A DNA stretch of 64,000 nucleotides from Candidatus Woesebacteria bacterium GW2011_GWB1_33_38. Lineage in GTDB: Bacteria; Patescibacteriota; Microgenomatia; UBA8517. How positions within the stretch are numbered: position 1 is the first letter of the stretch; each line of letters begins with the position of its first letter. The stretch spans positions 26,315 through 90,314 of the forward strand of contig LBPF01000001.1 of assembly GCA_000990005.1 (NCBI GenBank), given 5' to 3'. Under the pieces are notes generated by a model. The model saw nothing but the letters and a program-made list of their open reading frames with translations, ran no database searches and was not told the origin of the DNA. The translations under genes were made by a program, and so were the position numbers. This document shows positions 36,377 to 47,199 of the stretch, in pieces.

Positions 36377-37842
36377 TGGAAGACAAGGATTTATCAATTT
36401 CTGACGTAAAAGCAAGGTCGGTTAGAGGCGTTGTTGTCTTAACAGGTAGAACCGTAATTTTACAAGTTGTAACTTTAGTAGCTCAGCTTTTACTTTTTGC
36501 CTATTTGGGAGTTTCTGAATTTGGTGTTTTTGCAATTGTTTCGGCAGTTGTTAACTTTTTGACTTATTTTTCTGACATCGGTTTGGCGGCAGCCTTAATT
36601 CAAAAGAAAGAAACTCCATCTGATACTGATTTAAAAACTACATTTACTGTTCAACAGTGTCTTATTTTGTTTTTAGTTTTAATTTTATTTATTGTTTCCC
36701 CACTAATCACTAATCACTATTCACTGTCCACTGGTGGCCAGTGGTTAATGTATGCACTAGGATTTTCATTGATAATATCTTCTTTGAAAAGTATTCCCTC
36801 TGTTCTACTTGAAAGAAAACTTGAATTTGTTAAGTTGGTTTTCCCTCAAATTCTAGAAACTTTTGTTTATAACATTGTTTTAGTTGTTTTTGCCATGAAA
36901 GGCTTTGGGATAACCAGTTTTACTGTAGCAGTTATTATTAGAAGTTTGGTGGGACTTACCGTAATTTACTGGATACAACCTTGGAAACCGGGATTTTCAT
37001 TTTCTTTATCAACTTTAAAAGATTTATTTAAATTTGGTGTACCTTATCAAATAAATACACTCCTAGCTACATTTAAAGACGATGGAATGACATTAATTTT
37101 GGGTGGAATCATAGGTCCAGCTGGTATTGGGATACTTTCTTTTGCTCAAAAAGTTGCAAGGCTTCCCCTGACCTTTTTTATGGACACAGTAACGAAAGTT
37201 ACTTTCCCTGCATTTTCTAGACTACAAACTGAAAAAGACCATTTAGAAAGAAGCGTTACAAGATCAATATTCTTTATATGTTTACTCGTTTTTCCCAGCT
37301 TAGTTGGGATTGTCATATTGATGCCTTGGGTTGTAGAACTTGTTCCTAAATACAATAAATGGGTGGTTGCACTTACACCGTTATTGTTCATATCAATTAA
37401 TTACGCTTTTGCTTCAGCAACAACCCAATTAACAAATCTTTTAAATGCTATTGGTAAAATTAAAATCACATTTTACTTGATGATTATGTGGACAACTTTG
37501 ACTTGGGTTTTAATCCCTTTCTTGGCCATTAAGTTTGGTGTAAATGGCGCTGCCGTAGGTTACAGTTTAGTTGGACTTTCTTCAGTCGTCGCAGTCTATA
37601 TTGCTAAAAAGTATGTTAATTTTTCAATTAGTGATTCAATGATTAAACCTCTTATGGCCTCAATTATTATGTTTGTTACTTTAGTATTTGTTAGAAAGTT
37701 TTTAGATGTAAGTTTTTACTCCTTGGGAATTTTAGTTTTAGTGGGAGTAATTTCCTATTCTGCCTCAATTATTTCCATGGTCGGTTCAAGTTTGTTAGAA
37801 GATGTTAAAAAAAGCCTTAAAACCATTTTTAATCGCAATTAG
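36376..37842 (+). CDS. Wzx-type oligosaccharide flippase
   Basis: FSDIGLAAALIQK, VTFPAFSRLQ, many TMs. Confidence 0.88.
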   Translation: MEDKDLSISDVKARSVRGVVVLTGRTVILQVVTLVAQLLLFAYLGVSEFGVFAIVSAVVNFLTYFSDIGLAAALIQKKETPSDTDLKTTFTVQQCLILFLVLILFIVSPLITNHYSLSTGGQWLMYALGFSLIISSLKSIPSVLLERKLEFVKLVFPQILETFVYNIVLVVFAMKGFGITSFTVAVIIRSLVGLTVIYWIQPWKPGFSFSLSTLKDLFKFGVPYQINTLLATFKDDGMTLILGGIIGPAGIGILSFAQKVARLPLTFFMDTVTKVTFPAFSRLQTEKDHLERSVTRSIFFICLLVFPSLVGIVILMPWVVELVPKYNKWVVALTPLLFISINYAFASATTQLTNLLNAIGKIKITFYLMIMWTTLTWVLIPFLAIKFGVNGAAVGYSLVGLSSVVAVYIAKKYVNFSISDSMIKPLMASIIMFVTLVFVRKFLDVSFYSLGILVLVGVISYSASIISMVGSSLLEDVKKSLKTIFNRN

Positions 37843-39424
37843 TTTAGTAATTTTAATTGCAATTAGATTTATTTATCTAAACGAATTTCCGGTTGGAGTT
37901 TTAAATGATGAAGTTGACGTAACACTTTCCTCAAAAAGTTATTTTGATAATGGTACAGACCTTTCTGGAGTACCTTTCCCTAAATCGCTTTTTGTAACCA
38001 ATACCTGGGCAGGTTTGAGTGGGTTACCTTCATATCTACTATCTCCAATTTATGGACCATTTGAATTATTGCCGATTGTTATTAGAGCCCCATTTGTAAT
38101 TGTAAGTATTTTTATCGGGTTATTTATAAGTTTAATAATTTTTGAATTAACTAAAAATAAAAAGTTTAGTCTAATTTCATTTTTTGTTTCACTTATTAAC
38201 CCTTGGCTATATTTTTATAGTCGCCAGCCTACAGAGGCGCCATTCGCATTACTTTTTGCTTTAATTGGTATTTATTTGTTCTTTAAGTTAAAGTTTCAAA
38301 AAATTATATACCCATTTATATTTTTTATACTTTCATTCTATTCATATTTTGGAGCCAAGCCAGTAATCCCTGTTCTTTTATTATCTTTATCTTTATTTAA
38401 TAAAAAGTTAGTCATAATATCTATTTCGTTTGTCTTACTATTAACTAGTTCATATTTCTATATTTCAAAGAGCCTAAATGGTAGTACTTTATCTCAAAGA
38501 TCTAATCAAATTACATTTTTGAATTTGGAAAAATATGCTGAAGTCGTTAATCAAAACAGAAGGGTTTCTGTCGATTTTCTCCTAAAGGAAGTTTTTTATA
38601 ATAAATTTACAGTTTTTGCTAAAATAACCACCTCAAAATTTGTAAACCAGTTTTCTCCTGAGTTTTTGTTTTTATCTGGAGATGGTGTAGTTCCTTTTGC
38701 TGATCATGGTGTTTTATATCTTCTGGATGGTTTAATGATAATTATTGCTCTATATTACTTTAGCAACTCAAAGGATAAAGGTGAAAAAAATTTATTAGTT
38801 TTATGTCTAATCCTTTTTATTTCAGGTAGTGTTGCTTCAACAATTAGTACAGTAGGTAACCAGTTTGTTTTTAGATCGTTTTTGCATATACCTCTCTATA
38901 TAATTTTAATATCCTACGGAATATATAAATTCAATTTCAAAGTGGTTGTTGTAGGGTTGTACATTCTTTTGTTTATAAACTTTTTGATTTTCTTTTTGTT
39001 CCGTTATTCGATTGATCAACAAGATAATCATTTCATAACTGAGAGGATTGTTGCTAGTTATTTAAATAGAACTAAACTTGAAACTATTGTTGTCACATCA
39101 GAATCAGAAAGAATTTATTATCAAACAGTTTTTTATAACAAACATGCTCAACGAAAATTATTTACTAATATTTGTCCGAAAATTGAAATTGGAAAAACCT
39201 ACCTTATTGATTCAAAATTAGATTGCACGATAGATGGGGATTTTGTAGTTATTCAAAGCCAAAAAGATTCGGGTGTTAAGTATAGAATTTATGATGATAA
39301 ACTCTGTAATTTTGATGATTTAACTCCATATCGTAGGGTTCACTTTATTTCCGACTATGATGTTGAAAGATTGGATGATAAAATCTTTTGCAACCGTTGG
39401 ATACAAAATGGCAAAACTAACTAA
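37802..39424 (+). CDS. GT-C membrane glycosyltransferase
   Basis: PVGVLNDE, NPWLYFYSRQPTE, FSPEFLFLSGD. Confidence 0.8.
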   Translation: MLKKALKPFLIAISLVILIAIRFIYLNEFPVGVLNDEVDVTLSSKSYFDNGTDLSGVPFPKSLFVTNTWAGLSGLPSYLLSPIYGPFELLPIVIRAPFVIVSIFIGLFISLIIFELTKNKKFSLISFFVSLINPWLYFYSRQPTEAPFALLFALIGIYLFFKLKFQKIIYPFIFFILSFYSYFGAKPVIPVLLLSLSLFNKKLVIISISFVLLLTSSYFYISKSLNGSTLSQRSNQITFLNLEKYAEVVNQNRRVSVDFLLKEVFYNKFTVFAKITTSKFVNQFSPEFLFLSGDGVVPFADHGVLYLLDGLMIIIALYYFSNSKDKGEKNLLVLCLILFISGSVASTISTVGNQFVFRSFLHIPLYIILISYGIYKFNFKVVVVGLYILLFINFLIFFLFRYSIDQQDNHFITERIVASYLNRTKLETIVVTSESERIYYQTVFYNKHAQRKLFTNICPKIEIGKTYLIDSKLDCTIDGDFVVIQSQKDSGVKYRIYDDKLCNFDDLTPYRRVHFISDYDVERLDDKIFCNRWIQNGKTN

Positions 39425-40274
39425 ACATACCTGTCTTATTTGTGGTAGTAAAAAACATAAAGAATATTGGGCAATGCATGGTTATAAACTAGCAAAATGC
39501 TCTAACTGTTCCTTTGTTTGGGATTTTTTTCATTCTGAAAATGTTTTAGCTCAATATGATAAGAGTTACTTTCAAAACCAAAACCCTAAAGGAGGGTATG
39601 CAAATTACTATGAAGGTATGAGAGTTAATAAGAAAACATTTACAGATAGGCTTAATAAAATACAAAAAAGAATTTCTGGTAAGGGTAAATTTTTGGATGT
39701 TGGTTGTGCACTAGGAGATTGCTTAATGGCCGCAAAAGAAGAAGGTTGGAAAGATGTAAGTGGAGTTGAAGTTTCAAAATTTGCTTACGAGTTTGCCATA
39801 AAAAGAGGCTTAAATGTTAAAAATACTACACTTGATAAGGCGGGGTTTAAACCTAATTCGTTTGAGGCAATAGCCTATCAAGATGTTATTGAACATGTTG
39901 AAGATCCTCTTTATGAACTTGAAACAGCTCACAAACTGCTTAAAAACAAAGGTTATATTTTTCTCGTTACTCCTGATGTAGGTGGTCTATGGCACAAACT
40001 TCTTAATGGCCTTTGGTATCATTATAAACCAGGTGAGCATATTATGTATTTTTCACAGGCATCACTTAGGTTGGCACTTGAAAAAACTGGATACAAAAAC
40101 ATTGAAACTAGAAGAACGTATCATGTTTTAAGTATTGAATATGTTTTAAATCGACTTAAATATTATTCACCCTTCATTTTTGACAATCTGGCAAAGATTG
40201 TGCATGGGTTTCATTTTAAAGATTTTGCATTTAAAGCCTATACTGGAGAAATTGAAGCATGGGGTCAAAAATAG
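39408..40274 (+). CDS. Class I SAM-dependent methyltransferase with N-terminal zinc ribbon
   Basis: CLICG..CSNC, LDVGCALG, DVIEHVEDP. Confidence 0.9.
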   Translation: MAKLTKHTCLICGSKKHKEYWAMHGYKLAKCSNCSFVWDFFHSENVLAQYDKSYFQNQNPKGGYANYYEGMRVNKKTFTDRLNKIQKRISGKGKFLDVGCALGDCLMAAKEEGWKDVSGVEVSKFAYEFAIKRGLNVKNTTLDKAGFKPNSFEAIAYQDVIEHVEDPLYELETAHKLLKNKGYIFLVTPDVGGLWHKLLNGLWYHYKPGEHIMYFSQASLRLALEKTGYKNIETRRTYHVLSIEYVLNRLKYYSPFIFDNLAKIVHGFHFKDFAFKAYTGEIEAWGQK

Positions 40275-41914
40275 TTAAATATTTTATAGTTCTACTTGGT
40301 ACTTTGATTTGGTCTGTCACCATGTTTAGAAGTGGGTTGGAAGGTTCTAATGGCATTGGCTTCTGGGGTGCAAATGGACACGATGGGGTGTGGCATGTTG
40401 CCTTAATTGAATCTCTTGCAAGAAGAGGTTTTAATAATCCTGTTTTTTCCGGTTCTGTTTTACAGAATTATCATCTTGGCTTTGATATATTATTAGCGAT
40501 AACACATCGTTTAACAGGGATCAGTATTGGTTCCCTGTATTTTCAATTACTTCCCATTGTTTTTTCATTTCTAATTGGAATATTGACTTATAAATTTGTT
40601 TTTAACTGGAGAAGGTCACTTAGTGAAAGTTTTTGGGCTGTATTTTTTGTTTATTTTGGTAGTAGCTTCGGTTTTGTAATTACATTTTTAAGAGACAAGG
40701 TTGTTACAGGTGAATCAATGTTTTGGGCTTCACAATCAATTTCAACATTAATTAATCCGCCTTTTGCATTATCTTTAATTATTATTTTATTAGGTTTAAT
40801 TGCACTACAAAATAAAAAATTATTACTAAGTATATTGTGTTTTGGAATTCTAATTCAAATTAAAGCCTATGCTGCAATTTTAGTTCTTGGTGGATTATTT
40901 ATTGCTAGTATTTTTGAACTGTTCACTGCTCATCGTTCACTGCTCACCAAAGTCTTTCTCGGTTCTTTACTATTAAATTTAATATTATTTTTTCTATTTA
41001 AAAATGATGGCACATCTGTATTTGTTTGGCAACCCTTTTGGTTTTTGGAAACTATGATGTCTTATTCAGACAGATTGGGTTGGGATAGGTTTTATTCTGC
41101 TATGACTACTTACAAAATGGGACACATCTGGATAAAAGGTATCTTAGCCTATGGAACTGCTTTTGTAATATTTATCATAGGCAATATGGGATTAAGAGTT
41201 GTTGGGTTTTACTTCTTTTTAAAACATAAAAAACTTGACACTCTTTTAGTATTTATTCTGACAGTGGTTTTAATGGCTATTGTAATTCCAATGTTTTTTG
41301 TTCAAAAGGGTACGCCTTGGAATACTATTCAATTCTTCTATTACTATCTATTCTTCTTTTCTGTTTTTGCAGGAATTGCAATAAGTTGGTCGAAAGTTAT
41401 ATTTAAACTGATAATTATTGTTTTTGCTATTTTTGGTAGTTGGGCTACGCTTCAACACTATTTGCCACCAAGGCCACAATCCAAAATATCAACAGATGAG
41501 TTATATGCATTGAAATTTTTAGCAAATCAAGATCGGGGGATAGTTTTTACTTACCCCTTTGATTCTAATAAAGCGAAAACGGCAGAAAATAATCCACCAA
41601 GACCTCTGTATTTTTACGATTCAACAGCGTATGTATCCGCCTACTCTAAAAAGGACGTTTTTCTCGAGGATGAAATTAATTTAAATATCATGGATTATGA
41701 TTGGAAAACAAGAAGAGAAGAATCCTTGAATTTCATCTCAAATTTAGATCCTCAAAAAGGGAGCATGTTCTTAAAAGATAATAACATTAAATATTTATAT
41801 CTTGTCAAAGATAACTCTCCGCTTAGTGGAGAATATCTAAAATTGGGTACAGGCGATTTAAACTTAGAAAAGATTTTTGAGAACAGGGAGGTTATACTAT
41901 ATAAGTATGAATAA
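40259..41914 (+). CDS. Multi-TM GT-C-like protein (paralog of 58334-60160)
   Basis: FWGANGHDGVWH, NYH, INPP, KAY, WNTIQF. Confidence 0.7.
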   Translation: MGSKIVKYFIVLLGTLIWSVTMFRSGLEGSNGIGFWGANGHDGVWHVALIESLARRGFNNPVFSGSVLQNYHLGFDILLAITHRLTGISIGSLYFQLLPIVFSFLIGILTYKFVFNWRRSLSESFWAVFFVYFGSSFGFVITFLRDKVVTGESMFWASQSISTLINPPFALSLIIILLGLIALQNKKLLLSILCFGILIQIKAYAAILVLGGLFIASIFELFTAHRSLLTKVFLGSLLLNLILFFLFKNDGTSVFVWQPFWFLETMMSYSDRLGWDRFYSAMTTYKMGHIWIKGILAYGTAFVIFIIGNMGLRVVGFYFFLKHKKLDTLLVFILTVVLMAIVIPMFFVQKGTPWNTIQFFYYYLFFFSVFAGIAISWSKVIFKLIIIVFAIFGSWATLQHYLPPRPQSKISTDELYALKFLANQDRGIVFTYPFDSNKAKTAENNPPRPLYFYDSTAYVSAYSKKDVFLEDEINLNIMDYDWKTRREESLNFISNLDPQKGSMFLKDNNIKYLYLVKDNSPLSGEYLKLGTGDLNLEKIFENREVILYKYE

Positions 41915-42770
41915 AATTTCAGTTGTTTATTGTTCACATAATGAAGAGCTAAATATTGAGGAATCTATCAAATCTATTAAAGACTTTGCAGATGAAATAA
42001 TTTTTGTCGATTTGGAGTCAACAGATAGAACAGTCGAGATTGCAAAAAGGATGGGGGCCAAAATATACAAACATGAAAATTTAAGCTTTGTTGAACCTGT
42101 TAGAAACTTTGGAATTTTAAAAACAACTGGAGATTGGATATTAATTCTTGATCCAGATGAAAAGCTAACTGAGAGTTTAAAAAAACTTTTGAAAGAAGAG
42201 ATAAAAGATCCTCGGGCAGATTTTTATAGAATTCCTCGCAAAAATATAATTTTTGGAAAGTGGATGAAGCACACAGGTTGGTGGCCAGATTTTAACATTC
42301 GTTTCTTTAAAAACGGACACGTTTCTTGGAATGAAATAATACATTCTGTGCCAATGACGAAAGGAAAAGGATTTGATTTAGTAGCTAAAGAAGATTTAGC
42401 AATTATCCACAATAATTATACGTCTCTTGATAGTTATGTTGAGAAGATGTTTAGATATTCAAAAGTTCAAGCTGCCGAGTTAATAAAAGGTAGTTATAAA
42501 TTCAGTTGGCAGGATTTGATTAGAAAACCGCTATCAGAATTTTTATCAAGGTTCTTTGCCAGAGAAGGTTATAAGGATGGTATTCATGGCCTGATCCTGT
42601 CACTGCTACAATCTTTTTCTGAATTCTTTGTTTATCTAAGAGTTTGGGAATCTTTAAAATATAAAGAAGTAGAAATAGATAAAAAAGAGTTTAATAGTGT
42701 TATTAAATCATTTGTTAATGATATAAAATGGTGGATGAGAAAGGAGTTTTCATGGTTAAAGTTTCTATAA
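41907..42770 (+). CDS. GT2 glycosyltransferase
   Basis: HNEE, DLESTDRT, LDPDE, WWPD. Confidence 0.9.
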   Translation: MNKISVVYCSHNEELNIEESIKSIKDFADEIIFVDLESTDRTVEIAKRMGAKIYKHENLSFVEPVRNFGILKTTGDWILILDPDEKLTESLKKLLKEEIKDPRADFYRIPRKNIIFGKWMKHTGWWPDFNIRFFKNGHVSWNEIIHSVPMTKGKGFDLVAKEDLAIIHNNYTSLDSYVEKMFRYSKVQAAELIKGSYKFSWQDLIRKPLSEFLSRFFAREGYKDGIHGLILSLLQSFSEFFVYLRVWESLKYKEVEIDKKEFNSVIKSFVNDIKWWMRKEFSWLKFL

Positions 42771-43678
42771 TTATTTTAACTACCAACGCTCTTGATATGA
42801 CCAAGGAAGAGCTTAAAGATATTGCTGTTTTAAATCCAGGGAAACTTAAATTGGAGTGTATTGTTGTAGATAATAATTCCTCAGACGATACAGAGAGAGT
42901 GCTTAAAAATTATAGCTTACCCAATATGGGTTTTAAGTTTATTCAAAGCGGTGCTAATCGAGGTTATGCTGGTGGAAATAATTATGGAATTAAAGATGCA
43001 ATTAAAAGAGGGGCAGATTATATTTTGCTTTTAAATAATGATGTCATAGTTCCTGCTGACATGGTTACAAAAATGGTGGATTTTATGGAAAAAACTCCAA
43101 AAGCAGGCATTGTCTCTCCAAAGATGTATTTTGCAAAAGGATATGAATTCCACAAAGATAAATATAAAAATGACGAACTTGGAAAAGTCTTATGGTATGC
43201 AGGTGGAATACTAGACTGGGATAATATTTATTCACCCCATAGAGGAGTAGATGAAGTAGATGTAGGACAATACGACAAGGCAGAAAAAACTGATTTTGCA
43301 AATGGTGCAACACTATTAATTAAAAGAGAAGTATTTGAAAAAGTCGGACTTCTTGATCCTTCATTTTTTCTTTATTGGGAAGACCCAGATTTTTCAATGA
43401 AGGCCAAAGCTAAAGGTTTTGAAACTTATTATTTTCCTGGAACATGCATGTGGCACAAAGTATCTGCTTCTACAGGTGGATCAGGTAGCCCCACAAATGA
43501 TTATTTTTTGACCAGAAATAGATTATATTTTGCCATGCGATATGCAAAAGTTAGAACAAAAATTGCAGTTATAAGAGATTGTGTTAGATTAATATTTAAA
43601 GGTAGAACATGGCAAAAATGGGGAGCAATTGATGCACTTTTAGGAAGAAAGGGGATGGGGCAATGGCAATACCGTTAA
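42752..43678 (+). CDS. GT2 glycosyltransferase (rhamnosyltransferase-like)
   Basis: VDNNSSD, NRGYAGGNN, LLNND, FFLYWED. Confidence 0.9.
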   Translation: MVKVSIIILTTNALDMTKEELKDIAVLNPGKLKLECIVVDNNSSDDTERVLKNYSLPNMGFKFIQSGANRGYAGGNNYGIKDAIKRGADYILLLNNDVIVPADMVTKMVDFMEKTPKAGIVSPKMYFAKGYEFHKDKYKNDELGKVLWYAGGILDWDNIYSPHRGVDEVDVGQYDKAEKTDFANGATLLIKREVFEKVGLLDPSFFLYWEDPDFSMKAKAKGFETYYFPGTCMWHKVSASTGGSGSPTNDYFLTRNRLYFAMRYAKVRTKIAVIRDCVRLIFKGRTWQKWGAIDALLGRKGMGQWQYR

Positions 43679-44385
43679 TATCGGCGGTCGTGTTAATAGG
43701 CGAGAATGTTGATAAAAAACTTTTAGAAAAATCTTTTAAATCTATTTCTTGGTGTGATGAGATAATTAAAGTAGATACAAGTAAAATAAGAGGTAGCTTT
43801 AGCGAGTGGCGAAATGAAGGAATGAGTCTTGCTAAGGGTAAGTGGGTTTTGTATGTTGATGCAGATGAAGAAGTTACGCAATTTCTTCGCAAAGAAATTG
43901 AGTTACAAATCACAAATCACAAATCACAAATCACTGCCTTTGCAATTCCTAGGCGGAATTTCATTTTTGGGCAAGAATTTAAGTATGGTGGACAATACCC
44001 TGATTACCAAAAAAGACTTTTTTTAAGACGCAGTCTAAAAAAATGGATGGGGGAACTACATGAGGAACCAGAATTTGAAGGCGAACTGAGCCATTTTAAA
44101 AATCCGATTGTTCACCGCAAAAATATTACTGTTTCTCAAATGATTGAGAAGACAAACAAGTGGTCAGAAATTGAAAGTAAACTAATGGTAGATGCGGGAC
44201 ACCCCAAAATGAACGTTTTAAGATTTGCATCAGCTGGATTTAGAGAATTTTATATAAGATTTGTTAAAGAACTTTGTTTTCTAGATGGTACAAAAGGAAT
44301 AATTTATGGAATTTATCAAATATATAGTAGACTGATTAGCTATTCAAAATTATGGGAAAAGCAAGCTTATACAATCCATACTTAG
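43663..44385 (+). CDS. GT2 glycosyltransferase
   Basis: FSEWRN, VDADE, YPDYQKRLF, LHE. Confidence 0.85.
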   Translation: MAIPLISAVVLIGENVDKKLLEKSFKSISWCDEIIKVDTSKIRGSFSEWRNEGMSLAKGKWVLYVDADEEVTQFLRKEIELQITNHKSQITAFAIPRRNFIFGQEFKYGGQYPDYQKRLFLRRSLKKWMGELHEEPEFEGELSHFKNPIVHRKNITVSQMIEKTNKWSEIESKLMVDAGHPKMNVLRFASAGFREFYIRFVKELCFLDGTKGIIYGIYQIYSRLISYSKLWEKQAYTIHT

Positions 44386-45392
44386 ACACTCTTGGTGGTG
44401 GTGAAAAATACACCTTGTCTTTTGCTAAAGTTTTAGCTGAAGATTTAGGGTTTGATGTTGATATCGAGTGGAAAGATAAAAATATCAAAGAAAAACTAAC
44501 AAAACGTTTTGGAATAAAACTTCCTAAAAACGTTAATTTTGTTAAAGATATAAATAGAGGTGAAGGGTATGATGTATGTTTTTGGGTGAGTGATGGAAGT
44601 GTACCAACACTACGAGCTAAAAATAATTACCTTCATTTTCAAGTTCCATTCACAAATGTAAATGGAAACTCGCTTCTTAATAAAATGAAACTATTTAGAA
44701 TTAAAAAAATAATATGCAATTCAAAATTTACTAAAAATGTAATTGATAAGGAATATACTGTTAACTCCTTAGTGCTTTACCCACCAGTAGATACTAAGTT
44801 ATTTAAACCCAAAAGAAAAGAAAACATTGTTTTGTATGTTGGAAGATTTTCAAATCTTGTACAAAACAAAGGTCATAAAATTTTAATTACTGAATTCAAA
44901 AAACTTGTTAAAGACAAAAGTTACCACAATTGGAAACTAATTTTAGCTGGTGGTACTGAAGTTGGTGTTGGAGAGTATGTTAATAAACTTAAAAAAATAT
45001 GTAGTGGGTATAATATTGATATTGTTGAAAGTCCAAGTTTTAAAAAAATAGTTGATATTTATGGGAAGAGTAAATTCTTTTGGTCAGCAGCAGGTTTTGG
45101 AATTGATGAAGAGAAAAATCCGGAAAAGGTAGAACATTTTGGTATAACTCTAGTTGAAAGTATGGCCGCTGGATGTGTACCAATTGTTTTTAATTCAGGA
45201 GGCTTTAAAGAAATTATTGTAAACGGCATAAATGGTTTTCTCTGGGAATACAAAAGCGATTTAGTAAAGATAACAAAAAAGGTACTATCAAAACCTGGAA
45301 TTTACAAATCAATTTCAAAATCTGCGACTGAGAGCGCAAAAGAATTTAGTCATGAGATTTTTAAGAAAAAAATGTTAGAATTAATGACTTAA
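44352..45392 (+). CDS. GT4 glycosyltransferase
   Basis: GGGEKY, LYPPVD, VGRF, EHFGITLVESMAAG. Confidence 0.92.
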   Translation: MGKASLYNPYLDTLGGGEKYTLSFAKVLAEDLGFDVDIEWKDKNIKEKLTKRFGIKLPKNVNFVKDINRGEGYDVCFWVSDGSVPTLRAKNNYLHFQVPFTNVNGNSLLNKMKLFRIKKIICNSKFTKNVIDKEYTVNSLVLYPPVDTKLFKPKRKENIVLYVGRFSNLVQNKGHKILITEFKKLVKDKSYHNWKLILAGGTEVGVGEYVNKLKKICSGYNIDIVESPSFKKIVDIYGKSKFFWSAAGFGIDEEKNPEKVEHFGITLVESMAAGCVPIVFNSGGFKEIIVNGINGFLWEYKSDLVKITKKVLSKPGIYKSISKSATESAKEFSHEIFKKKMLELMT

Positions 45393-45400
45393 TAACAATT

Positions 45401-46333
45401 ATGAAAAGTTTTAAAGTATCTGTAGTAATGCCAAATATTAATGGGAAAACCATTATGGAAAAGAATTTGCCAAAGCTTTTTGAAGCTGTCAATAATCCTA
45501 AAAATAATATTATTGAAGTTATCATAGTAGATGATGGAAGTTGGGATGATAGTGTGAAGTTTCTGTCTACTGAATATAAAGATAAGGTAAAATTAATTAA
45601 ACATACTAAAAACAGAGGTTTTTCGGCAGCTGTTAATACTGGGGTTAGGGCAACAAGTGGTGATTTAATCCTTCTAATTAATACTGATGTTATTCCAGAA
45701 AAGAATTTTTTAGAAAGTGTAGTGCCTCATTTTGAAGATCCAAAAGTTTTTGCCGTTTCAACACATGAGACTGGGTATGGGGGAGCTAAGGGTTTTTGGG
45801 CAGATGGCTACATCCAACTTGGAATGAACGAAGAAACTAAGAGCGTTCATCAAAGTTTTTATGTAAGCGGAGGAAGTGGAGTTTTTAGAAAAAGTATTTG
45901 GCAGGAGTTGGGGGGAATGGATGAAAAACTACTTTCTCCTTTTTATTGGGAAGATATTGATCTTTGTTACAGAGCAACAAAAAGAGGTTATATTAATTTA
46001 TGGGAACCAAATGGAAAAGTTGTTCATCAACATGAGTCAACAATTTCAAAATTTCCTAAAAAATATGTTGCTCGTGTTAAAGAAAGGAATCAACTTCTAA
46101 TGCTTTGGAAAAATATACATAGTAAAAATTTAATTAAAAAACATATCCCTGCAATTATTTTAAGAGCTCTAAGACACCCTGGTTATTTTTTGATTATCTT
46201 TATGGCCTTGGGTAGACTTAACATTGCTTTAAAAGCTAGAAAAAAAGAAATAAAAGAATGTAAGGTTTCAGATGAGGCAATATTTGCAAACTATAAATTC
46301 ACCCCCACACCAAAACAGTCTATAAAAAAATGA
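45401..46333 (+). CDS. GT2 glycosyltransferase
   Basis: VDDGSWD, NRGFSAAVN, INTD, YWEDIDL. Confidence 0.9.
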   Translation: MKSFKVSVVMPNINGKTIMEKNLPKLFEAVNNPKNNIIEVIIVDDGSWDDSVKFLSTEYKDKVKLIKHTKNRGFSAAVNTGVRATSGDLILLINTDVIPEKNFLESVVPHFEDPKVFAVSTHETGYGGAKGFWADGYIQLGMNEETKSVHQSFYVSGGSGVFRKSIWQELGGMDEKLLSPFYWEDIDLCYRATKRGYINLWEPNGKVVHQHESTISKFPKKYVARVKERNQLLMLWKNIHSKNLIKKHIPAIILRALRHPGYFLIIFMALGRLNIALKARKKEIKECKVSDEAIFANYKFTPTPKQSIKK

Positions 46334-46376
46334 AAATTACGGAAAATGTTGATTTTAATTTTGGTGTGGGGGTGAA
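46298..46376. repeat. 79-bp element with perfect 18-bp terminal inverted repeats (REP/MITE-like)
   Basis: TTCACCCCCACACCAAAA-43 bp-TTTTGGTGTGGGGGTGAA. Confidence 0.85.
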
Positions 46377-47193
46377 ACTCTCCATAATTATTGTTAATCT
46401 AAATACGGTCGACTTGACTGAAGGCTGTATCAAATCAATTTATAAACATAAATTAAATTCCCCATTTGAAGTCATTGTTACTGATAATGGCAGTAATGAT
46501 GGTTCGGTTGAGATGCTTAAAAAATATGATAAAGATTATAAAAACTTTACTGCAATATTTAATAACAACAATACTGGTTATGCTAAAGCTAATAATCAAG
46601 GAATCAGAAAGAGTAAGGGTAATTATATATTACTTTTAAATAATGATACTGTTGTCTACAAAAATTCATTAAATAGTTTAGTCGAATTTGCAGAAAAAAA
46701 TCCTGACGCAGGTGTTGTGGGTAGCAAACTTTTAAACATTGACGGAACCCCTCAAATGTCATGTTTTAATTTTCCTACAATTACAAATGCCATTAAAGAA
46801 TACTTTTTGGGTCAAAAAGGTTTGTTTGATAAATTCGCACCAAAGGATACTAAACCTACAACCGTAGATTCTGTAGTTGGAGCTGTATTTTTAATTACAC
46901 CAGAAGCAAGAAAAAAAGTGGGAATATTAGACGAGAGATATTTTGCCTATTTTGAAGATATTGATTATTGCAGGCAAACATGGAATAAAGGCTTAAAGGT
47001 TTATTATCTTCCCGAATCAGTCATAACTCATTATCATGGTGCAACATTTAAAAAACTTGCAGATGAAGGGGAGAGGTGGAAAAAGTTAATACCATCAAGT
47101 AAAACTTATCATGGACTTGTCAAGCATTATATAATTAATGCTATAATCTGGTCCGGCCAAAAATGGCAAAAAATATTGGGACTTTTTAAATAA
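46372..47193 (+). CDS. GT2 glycosyltransferase
   Basis: Probable GTG start (MKLSIIIVN); DNGSND, LLNND, YFEDIDYC. Confidence 0.88.
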   Translation: MKLSIIIVNLNTVDLTEGCIKSIYKHKLNSPFEVIVTDNGSNDGSVEMLKKYDKDYKNFTAIFNNNNTGYAKANNQGIRKSKGNYILLLNNDTVVYKNSLNSLVEFAEKNPDAGVVGSKLLNIDGTPQMSCFNFPTITNAIKEYFLGQKGLFDKFAPKDTKPTTVDSVVGAVFLITPEARKKVGILDERYFAYFEDIDYCRQTWNKGLKVYYLPESVITHYHGATFKKLADEGERWKKLIPSSKTYHGLVKHYIINAIIWSGQKWQKILGLFK

Positions 47194-47199
47194 AAACTC

